Positions 49,548 through 61,719 of a stretch of DNA of 64,000 nt are shown piece after piece. The notes beneath the pieces were generated by a model, which was not told the origin of the DNA, searched no databases, and saw nothing but the letters and a program-made list of their open reading frames with translations. The position numbers and the translations under genes were made by a program. Positions within the stretch are counted from its first letter, which is position 1. Each line of letters opens with the position of its first letter. The stretch is taken from the NCBI RefSeq assembly GCF_028641065.1, contig NC_073382.1, positions 28,458,001 through 28,522,000 of the forward strand, in the 5' to 3' direction. This DNA comes from Leucoraja erinacea (taxonomy: Eukaryota).

Positions 49548-50820
49548 TTGTATTGTATTGTATATCTTTATTGTCATTTCCTGAGTATTCGCATACCCAG
49601 AGGAAACAAAAAAACGTTGCTCAACCAGTGTCCATTCAGTGTGCATGAAAAATAAATAGAAATAGAAAAAAATACATGTATCATGAACAAATTTAACACT
49701 CTACTAAACATTCAACAGTCGTTCCGACTGGCAGCGGCACAACAGTGGCTCTGCTGGAGTGTGGGGTTTGTGCGCGATACTTGGCAGGGGGCAAAGGAGA
49801 CAAGGCCATTTAGCAGTCTTATAGCCTGTGGGAAGAAGCTGAGGAGCATCCTGCTGGTTTCAAATTATGAGCTAATGCTCCTGTACCTCTTCCCAGATGG
49901 TTCTTGGATGGAGAAAGATTTAAAGTGTCATGCGATGGGTGGTAAGGGTTTGTTTGATGATGGAGATGGCTCTGCTGATACATCTCTTCCTGTATGGCAT
50001 TTCCAGCAGGTTTTTCTGCGAAGGGTGAGTGATCTACAGCACCAACAGACTAATCCTGCTGAATGGCGGTCTTCACTATCCTGTCTTTTGAGTTGGTGCC
50101 GTTCGTACGCCTTGCAGCTCCCGAACCAGGAAAAGTGAAGCTGCCGTGAATGTCAATGTGCTCTCGAGACAGTCCCCCTATAAAAGTCCGTAGGTGTGTA
50201 GTGGGGAGGCCTGCTTTACGTAGTCTTTGGAGAGGGTGAAGTCGCTGCTGGGCTCTTTTGACCAGAGCTGTGGTGTTGGCCGTGGACGTCAGGTCATCAG
50301 ACAGATGTACCTTTTTGTCCTAGGAACTTTTGTTATGCTGCTGACCCTTTATTGCCAAGATCAGCTCCGTCGATGTGCAGGGGAAGGTTGTATGGTGTTT
50401 CATTTTCCCAAAACTAAAAGCCCACCAAATTACTCCTGAAGTCAAATGACCATCTCCTTAGTTTTTCCATTAAAATGTCAGACGTTAACAATGAGGTTGT
50501 GGGATTTTTCACCAACATGTGAGCAGCTCCACCTCCATCCTGTACGCCGATTCATCATCGTCACTGATGAGACCCACCACTGTTGTGTCATCAGCGAACT
50601 TGTTGATGAAGTTGTTATCTAGTCTGGCAGTACAGTCGTGTGTCAGCAGACTAAACAGAAGGGGGCTTAGGACACAGCCTTGGGGTGAGCCAGTGCTCAC
50701 GGCTATGGTTTTTGATGTCCTACTGCCCACCCTGACTGTCTGCTGCCGTTGCGACAGAAAGTTCAGGACCCAGTTGCATGTGCCAGCATCAACCCCCAAT
50801 AGCTCCGACTTCTCCACCTT
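49548..50820 (-). mobile_element. Rex1/Babar LINE 3' part
   Basis: GSPQGCVLSPLLFSLLTHDC...[10 protein letters not shown]; (tacaa)n tail; indel-rich at about 49790-50500. Confidence 0.88.
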
Positions 50821-50867
50821 TAGTAGGGTGTGGAGGTCTGAGAGATGATAGAGAATATATTTACTAC

Positions 50868-50965
50868 AATCTGTTGAAAGATCATTACCCTGAAATGTTA
50901 ACTTTGTTTCTCTCTTGCATATGTTGACTGGCCTGATGCATTTTCCATTATTTCTTGCTTTTATT
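50868..50965 (+). mobile_element. older Penelope-like end with decayed hammerhead
   Basis: ctgttgaaagatcattaccctgaaatgtt... has the same CUGANGA...GAAA layout and tail as the younger family. Confidence 0.45.
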
Positions 50966-51494
50966 TAAAAATACCCCAAATGTTTGTTTTCAGCATACTC
51001 GAATGGTGCAGAGGATGATAAATTTCAAGTGTACTGTAAGGTTAAACTGGAAAAGTTAGCTTTGTTCACCTCAAGTCGAGTTAATTGCCATGTGCACAAA
51101 TACAGTGAAATACAGGTACAATGAATATCTTGGCAGTAACATCACAGGGACATAGACTCAGACACCAAACACAAACAAAAAAAACATGATATCAGTGCAA
51201 AACTGTTTTTTTTAAGTCCATGGTAGTGCAGAAGGTGATCCAAAGGTTCTGTTGTTGAGCTAGGAATAGGATTGTTTAGATTAGGTGAAGAACATGATGC
51301 TAGTGGGAAAGTAACTTCCTAAACCTGGCAGTGTGGGACTTCAGTTTTCTATAGTTATAGACTGAGGGTAGCAACAAAAAGGAGACAAGGTCCAGATGAC
51401 TGAGATCTGTAGTGATAGATGCTGTCTTTTTGTCTCACATAGGTGTGTTTGATGTTGGAGAGGGCTATGTTCCTGGTGGACCAAGAATGGTCAG

Positions 51495-51815
51495 AGGAGA
51501 TTTGACCAAGTGATTCAAATTATGACTAACAAATAAAGAGAAGCTCTTCCCCTTTTCAGATGGTTCTTGGATGAAGAGAGATTTAAAGTTATGGGGATAA
51601 ATTTGAAGATTGTGCAACAATGCTGTTTTCTGCATACAATAGTTAGGATTTGGAACTCACTGCTGGTGAGGATGAGAACTAAGTCATTTAGAACATTCAA
51701 GAGAAAAATTGACTGGCATTTCAGGAAAATAATTTATGTTTTCTGCGAATGAGGTTAACAGTGATGATCTACAGAAAGCCAGTACAGACTGTATCAACTG
51801 AATGGCCTCACCAGG
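51495..51815 (+). mobile_element. old CR1 3' fragment
   Basis: VRIWNSL...FKRKID remnants. Confidence 0.6.
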
Positions 51816-53482
51816 TACCAAAACAATTCTGAGAATCAGTGACCATTCCTGTTCATTTGAGAATGAATATGGATAGGATGGTCATATTCATTTGCACACC
51901 CAACAAATAGTAACACACTTTCTTTTTCCACAACAGGCACTTTGAAAAGCAATTAAAAAAAGCAAACCTAAGCTATTTCTGTCACCCACCCATTTTCCTA
52001 CCCTATGTTTATTTGTTAACATTGTTTATTTATTTCTTAAATTCCATCCCTTAACCCATAGATGCTAATTGACGAACCCGCCATACCACCCAGACTGAGA
52101 ACTCACATTTGGTCAAGAATTGGATTCCCATGGTCCATTTGGTGCAATGGTATGTTGAAAGGTGAACATTTTCACTAGAAACACACACACACTACTAACT
52201 TCTGTGGAACTTGATTTAGTTGTGGCATTAATTCCATCGCAAACAAATAGTGAGGATAAAGACAGGCTTTGGAGTATTATGCTTCCAACATGAGTTTGTT
52301 GACTGTGGAAACAGTGATGATAAAGCTCTAATCAAAAGTTTTTATCCAATGCTTCCTGACTGAGACACCAAGAAGGACAGCTACCTTTTTGGCATCTTTA
52401 AGAGTACAAAGAGCCTTTTTGTTATTCCTTATCTGAGCCTTAGTAATATTGCAAGAAAATGCTAAATCGAGGAAGCTAAAAAGCAGTTTTGGGTAAAGGA
52501 AAGTAATAGCAGGGGAAAAGCGTTGCTTTAAAGCAAATATGAGGACAATTTCATTTAAATTCTCAGAAGCAAACTAAAAGGAAATCACCAAATTACTTTG
52601 AATGAAACAATTTTTTTTACTGAAGCCAATGAAATAAATTTGTGAGAAATCTTGGTCTCCATTAAAATGTCAGAATTTTTATGAACTGTGTAACAAGATG
52701 AAGGTGCTGTTTGATGTAGATATTCCCTCTGTTTTCAAATTATACATGAATGCTGAATGAAGCCAGAATAGCATGGATGCAGAATGATGAACCATTGATT
52801 TCCAGAAAAATATATACTTTTTGAGTCAGGTGTAATAATATAAATATTTTAAAATTTTGAAAGAAAATAATTGTCAACAGAATAGCTTACAATTATTTGT
52901 TGCAGGAGTATTGACTTAATTTGCTACATATTTAATTATTTCACTTACAGTGTAGCTTTAAAAACTGAACAAAGTTTCAGAGATATGAAGCTGGACCCAG
53001 GACTCCTCCGTAACTTAATTAAACTTTGTTAAATTCTTGACCAAATGTAAGTTTATTAATATTAAATGTATCATGGGGTCATACAGAATAGAAACAGGCC
53101 CCTTTGCCAATCAAACTCATTTTGACCCTCACAATCCTATTTACCCTAATCCCGCACTGAACCCATTACTATTCTTTCATTCCCATTCATGGGGCTTTCT
53201 CACGGGGCGACTTGACGCAAGATGTAACCAGAGGGAAATGGTCGTGGTCTAGCACGATATCACACGATATAACGGGAGGTAGATAAAGAGTTCCCCCGGG
53301 TACTTGGCATTTCTGTTATTTGTGCGAGTGACTTGTCTGTCTCCCGAGCTTTCCCGTTAAATCTTGAATGAACATTGTGAACTGTGAAGTGTTGTTAAAT
53401 CATCACATGGCACAAATGATGTCACTTTTTTTTTCACACACTTTAAATATCCTCCCTTGGTTGAATTGGCTCATTTGGAGAC

Positions 53483-53770
53483 ATGCCTGTACTAAGTAGT
53501 TTCGAGTACAGAATGGTGGTGTTTTTCATTGACGCGCTGTATGTAGCAGCCCTCTATGTGAATCGAGGATGCTTGCGTGAAGGCAGAAGGGTGAGATTAA
53601 TTAAAAAGAGAATTAAGAGGAAGTCTCACTGGGTGAAGCCCATCTTTCAACGGAGACCTCTACTTGGACAATATGATAAACTGCTTAATGTGCTGTGCGA
53701 AGAGGATAAAAGTGCATTCACAAACTTTGTCAGAATTTCACCCGAGCTCTTTAATGAGCTGAAGAATAAT
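53483..53770 (+). pseudogene. Harbinger transposase N-terminal fragment
   Basis: WVKPIFQRRPLLGQYDKLL..L..ED...F.NFVRISPELFNEL is a typical Harbinger N-terminus; truncated before the DDE domain. Confidence 0.8.
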
Positions 53771-53774
53771 TGCG

Positions 53775-54691
53775 GTGCGGTGACCTTTCCATAGATTGTC
53801 CTCTGATTCGTGAACCATTGCATGAGTTGGTCATCTGCATTAAAGTAGAGTGGTGGAATTAAATAGAACTTCGAGCATTGAATGTCTTCCGTTATATTAA
53901 TAGTTCTGGACAGTAAATAGAGGCCTGTTTAAGAGCCTGCCCTCCGCATTTAAGGTGATATTTCTTGTGCTTCTTGGATACCTGAGCACAAGTTTGTAAA
54001 TACAGATAGCCTTTTTTAAGACAAGCATTACAAGTGAAAATTGCCTGCCCTCATGCATAATTTATTTTATGGCTCTTGGAGACATGATTCCAACTTCAAA
54101 CACAGAGCGTGTAAAAACTGTCTGCGACTTTTTTACTTTGCAGCTGCAGGGCACAGACACACTTATAAGATAAGTTTAAGTTAACTGCCAAAACAGCACT
54201 TTTACATGAATAGCAATGTATGTTTTTAAATCATGGGTAACATTAAATGGTTTTCCTGTTGATGTGCTAATATATCGTTATATATACTCACATGAGCACC
54301 CGGGATACTCCGCAGCCTTCGTCTCCAGCAGGTTCCGTTTTTTCTCACTGTTTCTGTAAGCCTCTCTGAATTTATCGTAAAGAATTTTGTTGAATTGGTA
54401 CCATTCTACAAGTTCCCCCTCTTGTTCCCTGGTGAAGTTATATGGCCTTACCTTCTGTCTTCTTCCCTTTATATACGCGTCTGTTGAGGCTATTCCTACA
54501 ATGGCTACTGGGGAGGCAATCTGAAATCCACCTTGCTCACCCTCTCCCTGCTCCAAGGAGCCCACAGGCAGTGTTATCTGTGGCATCTCCTGTTGCCTCT
54601 CCACCTGTCTTTCTTGCTGCATCTCCTCCTGCATGGCAAAAACTTTTCTGACATGCTTTACCCCCTTTCTTTGAGCTTTTCTGGGAGCCAT
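53775..54691 (-). pseudogene. Harbinger MADF/Myb-SANT DNA-binding protein, spliced and 3'-truncated
   Basis: Exon 54691-54292 (MAPRK...FTREQEGELVEWYQFNKILYDK...YRNSEKK), GT-AG intron 54291-53835, exon from 53834 in frame: YDQLMQWFTNQRTIYGKVT. Confidence 0.82.
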
Positions 54692-54810
54692 CTCTGCAAG
54701 TGTTCCAGTGAAAAAGATTATCCAACAATAACAATGAGGTGGGATGTCCTCGATGGACACATGTTCCATTGGCGATATTGAGACCACCTTTTTTACTCAC
54801 CTTCTGTCCC

Positions 54811-55782
54811 CTCTGGTCAGGAGTCTGGTGAACGACATTCTTGCCTATGGTGAGGTGAACGACCTAAGCCTCAACACAGACAAGACAAGAGAAATAATAA
54901 TGGACTTCAGGAAAAATCCACCCCCCCTGCAGCCCCTCATCATCAAGGGGACTGTGGTGGAGAGGGCTGACAGTTACAGCTACCTGGGATTACAAGTAAC
55001 ATCAGATCTGAACTGGACTTTGAACACTGCTGCCACAGTGAAAAAAGCACAGCAGAGACTGTACTTGATCAGGCTGCTCAGAAAAGTTGGTCTGCACTGT
55101 CGCCCTGTCACCCAGGTCTACAAAGGACTGATAGAGAGCATCCTTACCACAGGCATCACGGTGTGGTATGGAAATACCACGCAGACAGAGAGGAAGGCTC
55201 TGCAAAGAGTCATAAAGACTGCAGAGAGGATTATCAGAACGGAACTCCCCTCCATGGATACAATCTATACACAGCGCTGTCAAAAAAGAGCAGAGAGAAT
55301 CATCAGAGACACACTACATCCAGCTCACTCCCTGCTCAAACACAAAAACTGCACATACAACCTCAGGCACAGATGAGCGGACAGCATCGTCACAAACAGA
55401 ACACGCTTTTTTTAAGAGCTTCTTCCCTGCCACAGTGAGACTCTTGGCCAAAACAAAATGAACTGATGTCCTGACCTACCTCATAGCACATCATATTATA
55501 TTATATATTATATTGACTCCTGGGCCTGTGCAATTTACAATGCAATCGACACTTTTTATATAGGGTTTGTGTAATTTACAATGCTCTCACTTTCCCCTTT
55601 ATATAGGGTTTTAGGCATTTTCTTTCTTTTTTAGTTCTAGAGAAGTATATGTTTTTATATATTATGTGTCTTCTGTGTGTCTTTTTAACTTGACTTGACT
55701 TGACTCTCTGAACAACCGCACAAGAGTTCCTATGTGTGTAAGCACAAATGGCAAATAAAGTTTTTGACCTTGACCTTTGACC
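54811..55782 (+). mobile_element. Rex1/Babar LINE 3' part nested in Harbinger
   Basis: LSLNTDKTREIIMDFRK, YLGL, IESILTTGITVWYG; (tgacct)n tail; tctgtcc on both flanks. Confidence 0.9.
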
Positions 55783-56221
55783 TCTGTCCAGCTTCCGGGT
55801 TCACCGTTTGCAGGAGTTCCCACGGTAAACGCAAGAGTTATTACGGATATCGCACTGGCCACTACGTCCATATAATGTTTCAATGCTCAACCACAAGTGT
55901 ACAAGTCACTCTTGGAGAAATTCAAGCTTGCTTGAATTTTCTCCCGAGTCAACAAGTTACACGAGTACCTGCCGTTAGCGCCACGGTGGTCCACGGTGGT
56001 CCACGAATGCCATACGGTTATCGTACGAGGTTCCCACGATGTTCAACGCTGGTTACCTCTTGCGTCAAGTCGCCCCGTGAGAAAGTCCCATAACTCTCCA
56101 CAGATTCTACCAGTCAACTAGAGAAGAGCAGCAATTAAAGTGCCTGATTAATCTACCAATCCTTTGGCAGTGGATGGGAATCTGGAGCACTGGGAAAAAC
56201 CCGTACTGCCATGGGGTGAAT

Positions 56222-56365
56222 ATGTAGGAAGGAACTGCAGACGCTGGTTTAAACTGAAGATTGACACACAGGTCTGAAGAAGGGTCTCGACCCGAATAGG
56301 TCACCCATTCCTTCTCTCCAGAGATGCTGCCTGTCTCGTTGAGTTACTCCAGCATTTTGTGCCAA
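56222..56365. mobile_element. Penelope-like short insert (inverted tail plus hammerhead-bearing end)
   Basis: 15-bp TSD tgccatggggtgaat (56207-56221 / 56366-56380); ctgaaga-a-gggtc-tc-gaccc-gaa at 56274-56296. Confidence 0.85.
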
Positions 56366-57043
56366 TGCCATGGGGTGAATGTTACAAACTCCATACAAGA
56401 GAGTAATGGAGGTTAGGGTTCAACTCAGGTCACTGGAGTTTTGAGACAGGAGCCCTGTTGGCTGTGCCACTCTGCCATCAGATGGGTGATAAGAGAGGAC
56501 ATTGGAATTAAATAAAAACCCACCTATACCACTGCAATGATATATAATGGTAAACTCTTTATCATGGTAAATTTGAAATGGCACGTTTTAATTCTCCTTT
56601 CTATAATAATTTCAGTGGCCTATTGCTTAAAGTCAGTTGATTTGAATCTTATCTAGGCGAAATGATTAACAACACCTATTTGCACATATAGATTGCTTAC
56701 ATAGCAAAATATGGAAAGGCATTTGAACACAATTAATATTCAGTGGAAGGTATAGGAAAGGTTGTCCAAAAATTGCTCAGAGATAAATTTTAAGTAGAAT
56801 TTACAGGCAGAGTCGGTTGATTAGTCAAGGAAGTTTACAAATGGAATTGTGGAATATTTAACTCAGCCAGTTGAATTTTAGGGTTACCGAGTGTGTGTCA
56901 GAATGGACATGGGATTGTGGAGTAGAGAGTAAACAGAAAAAAATGCCAGAGGCAAAATATGAAACAAAAGCTTCAGTGTGGTTGCGAATCTGGACGATGC
57001 CACAGGCAATTAGGCAGAAATGAGCAACACATATGAAACACAA

Positions 57044-57133
57044 TGTGTAGGAAGGAACTGCAGATGCTGGTTTACCCCAGCATTTTGTGTTTGTCTTCAA
57101 TGTAAACCAGCATCTGCAGTTTCATCCTGCACA
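57044..57133. mobile_element. PLE-derived fold-back hairpin
   Basis: tgtgtaggaaggaactgcagatgctggttta ... taaaccagcatctgcagtttcatcctgcaca. Confidence 0.78.
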
Positions 57134-58789
57134 TGCTGTCACTTTAGCTGGGCCGCTTTGTGAATGGGGTAAGAAAGACTTTGGTGAGATTTTATTCCAC
57201 AATCATGATGTTTTAGGCTCCCATGTACAACTAATGGCTAAGGCCTTCGGTGAAATATCCTAGCAGTGTGTTGCTTTAGCACACCTTATCCAGCACTGTG
57301 GGATTTTTAGCCTGTAATATCTCATGGGCACATCAGTAAGAAAGCTCGGGATAAAAGTAACTATATGTTGAAATAGAAGAGATGTATTCGAGAGAGGAAC
57401 TCCCTTATGATAAATTTTGAAATCTCAGTTAGATTTCTAATTGCAGCCATGATGTTATGCAAAGATATTCTAAATTTAAACTGAAAATACTGGTAAAACA
57501 CAATGGGTCTGCAGCATTTAACCATATAACCATATAACAATTACAGCACTTTAATTCAGCATTTAAATGCGTAATGCACAGGAAACATAATAGGTATGTG
57601 ATTCTGACAACCCACATTAAAACATCATGTAACATTTACGTTGCTATTTTCTATTGTTTTTAATTCTCACTGATAAACTTTTCAAAATAAAATTTTAAAT
57701 TAATGGCAAGAATCTCAAAATAGTTTTAATGTTTCAATTTTTGCCATGTTTCACTGGAATTTATATGATTTGTTTTATTCTGTCCTTTTATCTGATGCTA
57801 AGTTTTGCTTGGTGGCAACAGAAGTTGATAGTGCAGGGGTTACCCTTGGGTGAAGGTAAAGTTCACCCCAAGTTGCCCTCTGAATAACCTTTTGCAATAG
57901 TTGTAAATAGTCAAAACAAGTCATAAGAACATGCTGTGTTCCACAATAGACCACTTCAGTCCACGGAAGAATGACCTTTATTGGTCTGGGAGATTTGTCA
58001 TTAAAGCCTTGCTGTTCATATGCTAATACTGCCAGCTCTAATTGGCAACAGAATGTCCAAAATGATATTCTTACGTCAATTATAATAACAACCAGTGACC
58101 TTCAGTAATATGAGAATTCAAGTAAAAATGCAAGAGTGTTGAGTCTGAAAGAAGTTAGGAGTAAAGAGTATTTATTTGTGGTCCAAGCTTGAAATTTTAT
58201 ATCCCAAAGCTCACATCAGGAACTAATGTGTCATGACGCCTCAGAAATTCTCATCAATTAATTTTAACAATCCTACAGGGTATGCTGACCCAATGGCCGA
58301 ATTCCTGATGTGCATATTCAAAGTGTGCAGCTTAATACAGGGAACACCAGGCTTGTGAAACCTGCCTTATATTGATTCATACTTGAACATATCAGGGTAA
58401 TTCTAAACACATGATGAACATTGTTTAAATAACATACTTTTGTAAATGTTCACAGTTGAAGAAATTTCTAATGTTTTGAGTTCGTCACAATTTTGTGTAG
58501 AAGTAAACTTAGATTCAGATTTTTATTAGCTGCATAACTGTTTAAATATACTGATTAATCACTTTGATACAGTTTTTTCCACAGTGGGCTTTCTTCTATT
58601 GCAAATTGAAGCTAAAGTTTGCTGGTGCAAACCGTTTTCATATACCCATATACGTGAGGAAAGTGGCAATTTGGCATAACCAATAGATGACACTTTGATG
58701 CTGCCTAATTTAAGCAGTTAAAAGCAAAACTTAATGTGGCAATCTCTCAATGTGTAGGGAACCTTTCTATTTGATTCTTGTCAACATCA

Positions 58790-59290
58790 CCCCATCACAG
58801 GAAAGATGTGGGGGAGATGGCGAGAGTGCAGAAGAGGTTTATCAAGATGCAGCCTGGATTGGAGGGTATTAGCAATTTAGAGAGGTTGGACAAGCTTGGA
58901 TTGTTTTCTATGGAGCATGGAACCTGAGGGAAAACCAGATATAAAATTATGAGGCATAGATAGGGTAGACAGTCAGAATCTATACAGTAGAAATGTAAAA
59001 GACTAGAGGGCATATCTTTAAGGGCAGATGGGAAAGTTTAAAGGAGATGTGTGGGGCAAGTTTTTTATAGTGGGGGTAGTTGGTGCCTGGAATGCACTGA
59101 CAGGGGTTGTGCTGGAGCCTGATACAGTAATTGTGTTTATGAGACTTTTAGATTGGGATATGCACATGCAGGGAATGGAGGGCTTTGGTCCATGTGCAGG
59201 CAGAATAGATTACTTTAATTTGCATAATGTTCAGCATTGACATCGTAGGACAAAGGACTGGTTCCTATACTGTACTATTTTATGTTCTAC
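58790..59290 (+). mobile_element. old CR1 3' fragment
   Basis: RVQKRFIKM, FKGDVWGKFF...VGAWNAL; ttctatgttcta-like tail. Confidence 0.75.
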
Positions 59291-59996
59291 ATTTGGTGCA
59301 AGTGTAATTTTCCTTTATGGCTTGCCGCAGATTCAGTTAAATTACTAATGATGTGATTATGTGAGTTTTCAGATAATTAGTTAATTTTTGGAGTAAAGAT
59401 TCTGCCCTCTATAAAGCCCCCGAATTTCTGGGTTGAATCGAGCTGTCCATGCTCGACAATTGCCCATTCACTAAGTCCATGCTTACCTCATCTAGTCCCT
59501 GGCTGTGATAGAATACTCTGTGTATGCATAGTAAATTCCCTTTAGTTTAATCCCTGTTATCCATGCAAAGGATGTGCTGCATCTTGAACCACTATGACAA
59601 TATCAAAGATGATGTAGATACGATACTTGAGGATTTGACCAAGAACTGACAATTCCAATTTTGAAGATACTTTGGATATGTTTTCTGTGTAACATAGAGT
59701 GAGGGGAGATATAATCAGGAGTTTGAGAGTTCAAATTGGAACAATTTTTTATCTCACACCGAGGCTTCAAAACTCAGGAGGTGTGGATTAAAATAAATGG
59801 TCAGAAGATTAGTGGATGTGGGTTCGAAGCAGTGAAAATATTTTCATCCAAATGCCCACCCAGTTTGCACAGCACTCTTGAGTTCCTGGGAACTTGAGCC
59901 ACATTAAGTTCACCCAGTTTGCAAGGGTCACCAAGTTCCCGGAATGGGGATAAGAGATTCACCTAATATCAATGAAGGTCATTTGGACTTGGATCA

Positions 59997-60556
59997 ACAG
60001 ACAATAGACAATAGGTGCAGGAGTAGGCCATTTGGCCCTTCGAGCCAGCACCACCATTCAATGTGATCATGGCTGACCATCCCCAATCAGTACCCTGTTT
60101 CTGCCTTCTCCCCATACCCCCTGACTCCGCTATTTTTAAGAGCCATATCCAGCTCTCTCTTGAAAGTATCCAGAGAACCAGCCTCCACCGCCCTTTGAAG
60201 CAGAGAATTTCACAGACTGACAACTCTCTGTGAGAAAAAGTGTTTCCTCGTCTCCAATCTAAATGGCTTACCCCTGTTATATGGTTATTCTTAAACTGTG
60301 GCTCCTGGCTCTGGACCTCCCCAACATCGGGAACATGTTTCCTGCCTCCAGCATGTCCAAACCCTTAACAATCTTATATGTTTCAATGAGAATCCTCTCA
60401 TCCTTCTAAACTCCACAGTGTACAAGCCCAGCCACTCTATTCTCTCAGCATATGACAGTCCTGCCACCCCAGGAATTAACCTTGTATACCTACGCTGCAC
60501 TCCCTCAATAGCAAGAATGTCCTTCCTCAAATTAGGGGACCAAAAACTGCACACAA
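59997..60556 (-). mobile_element. CR1 3' part
   Basis: FWSPNLRKDILAIEGVQRRYTRLIPG; (tgtctat)n tail. Confidence 0.9.
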
Positions 60557-60689
60557 TACACAAATTTTGCAGTCAATGGTGAAATTTGAACAGGGCAAAT
60601 TCATACCTAGTTCACTTGATATTACAAAATGCTACTCAGAAATATCTGAGGACTGGTGTCTTAAATCAGAGAGCAATAATCAGAAAAAC

Positions 60690-61015
60690 ATCCTCGTAGA
60701 ATTGTATTTCACACATAATGTGCCATATTTTCTCAGATATGTACAGATATATGATGAAGGTAATATGTTTAGTGCAAAGTAAAATTCCATTAAAGTCCAA
60801 GGCCTACAATTAGGTAGATAGTAGCTCAGGAATGATCCCTAGTTGTTTGTAGGACGGTTCAGTTGCTTGATAACATCTGGGAAGAAACTGTCCCTGAATC
60901 TGAAGTTTTCACACATCTGTACCTCTTGCCTGATGGGAGAGGGGAGAAGAGGGAGTGGCCGAGGTGCAACTCATTCTTGATTATGCTGCTGGCCTTACCG
61001 AGGCAGTGTGAGGTG
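60690..61015 (-). mobile_element. Rex1-type 3' fragment
   Basis: Similar to 42700-43075. Confidence 0.7.
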
Positions 61016-61719
61016 CTTTTCTTCTATACTAAGAAAGATCCTTCATTACAAACCATCGTATTGGTGGAATGCACAGATTCAATTTAATTGTCACATATAC
61101 CAATTAAGGTACAGTGAAATTTGAGTTACCATACGGCCATACTAAGTACTTTACAACAGGGTTTACCATTCTATTGTTCACTTGAATGGAATAAATCTGA
61201 ATAATTAAGTTTGGCCTAAAAAATATCCTCTACAAGAATCAGCATCTGGTGTTTAATATATTTGAATGCAGCAAATGAGGCATTAGTCCATTTATTTTGC
61301 AAGTTAACATAGCTGACTGGAGAATTAACCTAAAACTGCATTAATCTTTGCATCTCGAAAGATAAGGTCTGATATGAAAATGCAATGCAGGTGGGCTCTG
61401 CCATTATGAAAACATAATGGAGAAAATGATTGCCATATAAGTAAGAGGACATTGGTTGTATGGTCCCTTAGCTTAGCGTTCTTTTATATAATTTGCAGGA
61501 TGCATTTTCAACATGAGTGTACATGTGCATAAAATGTGTGTGTGCATCATTATGTGTCTGTGCATGTGACTTTAAAATTCAGGTATTTTTCCTTTAGAGC
61601 AGGCAGCCTTCTCAAGTTTGAACAGAGCAAGTAAAACTGGTTGGGGCTTGAACACATTAGAAACACTGTCCATGCACTTCCCACACCCCACCCCTCCCAC
61701 TCTAAAATCCTATTGTCAC

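Larger units (their letters stand above)
53190..56090. mobile_element. internally deleted PIF/Harbinger transposon
   Basis: 42-bp TIR tggggctttctcacggggcgacttgacgcaagatgtaaccag vs reverse complement of 56049-56090 (2 mismatches); flanks tca / taa; convergent transposase and MADF remnants. Confidence 0.9.
53075..56478 (-). mobile_element. old HE1-like SINE split by Harbinger and PLE insertions
   Basis: Tail at 53075-53189; continues at 56091-56221 and 56366-56478 (tRNA-like head ...ctgtgccactctgcc). Confidence 0.65.
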
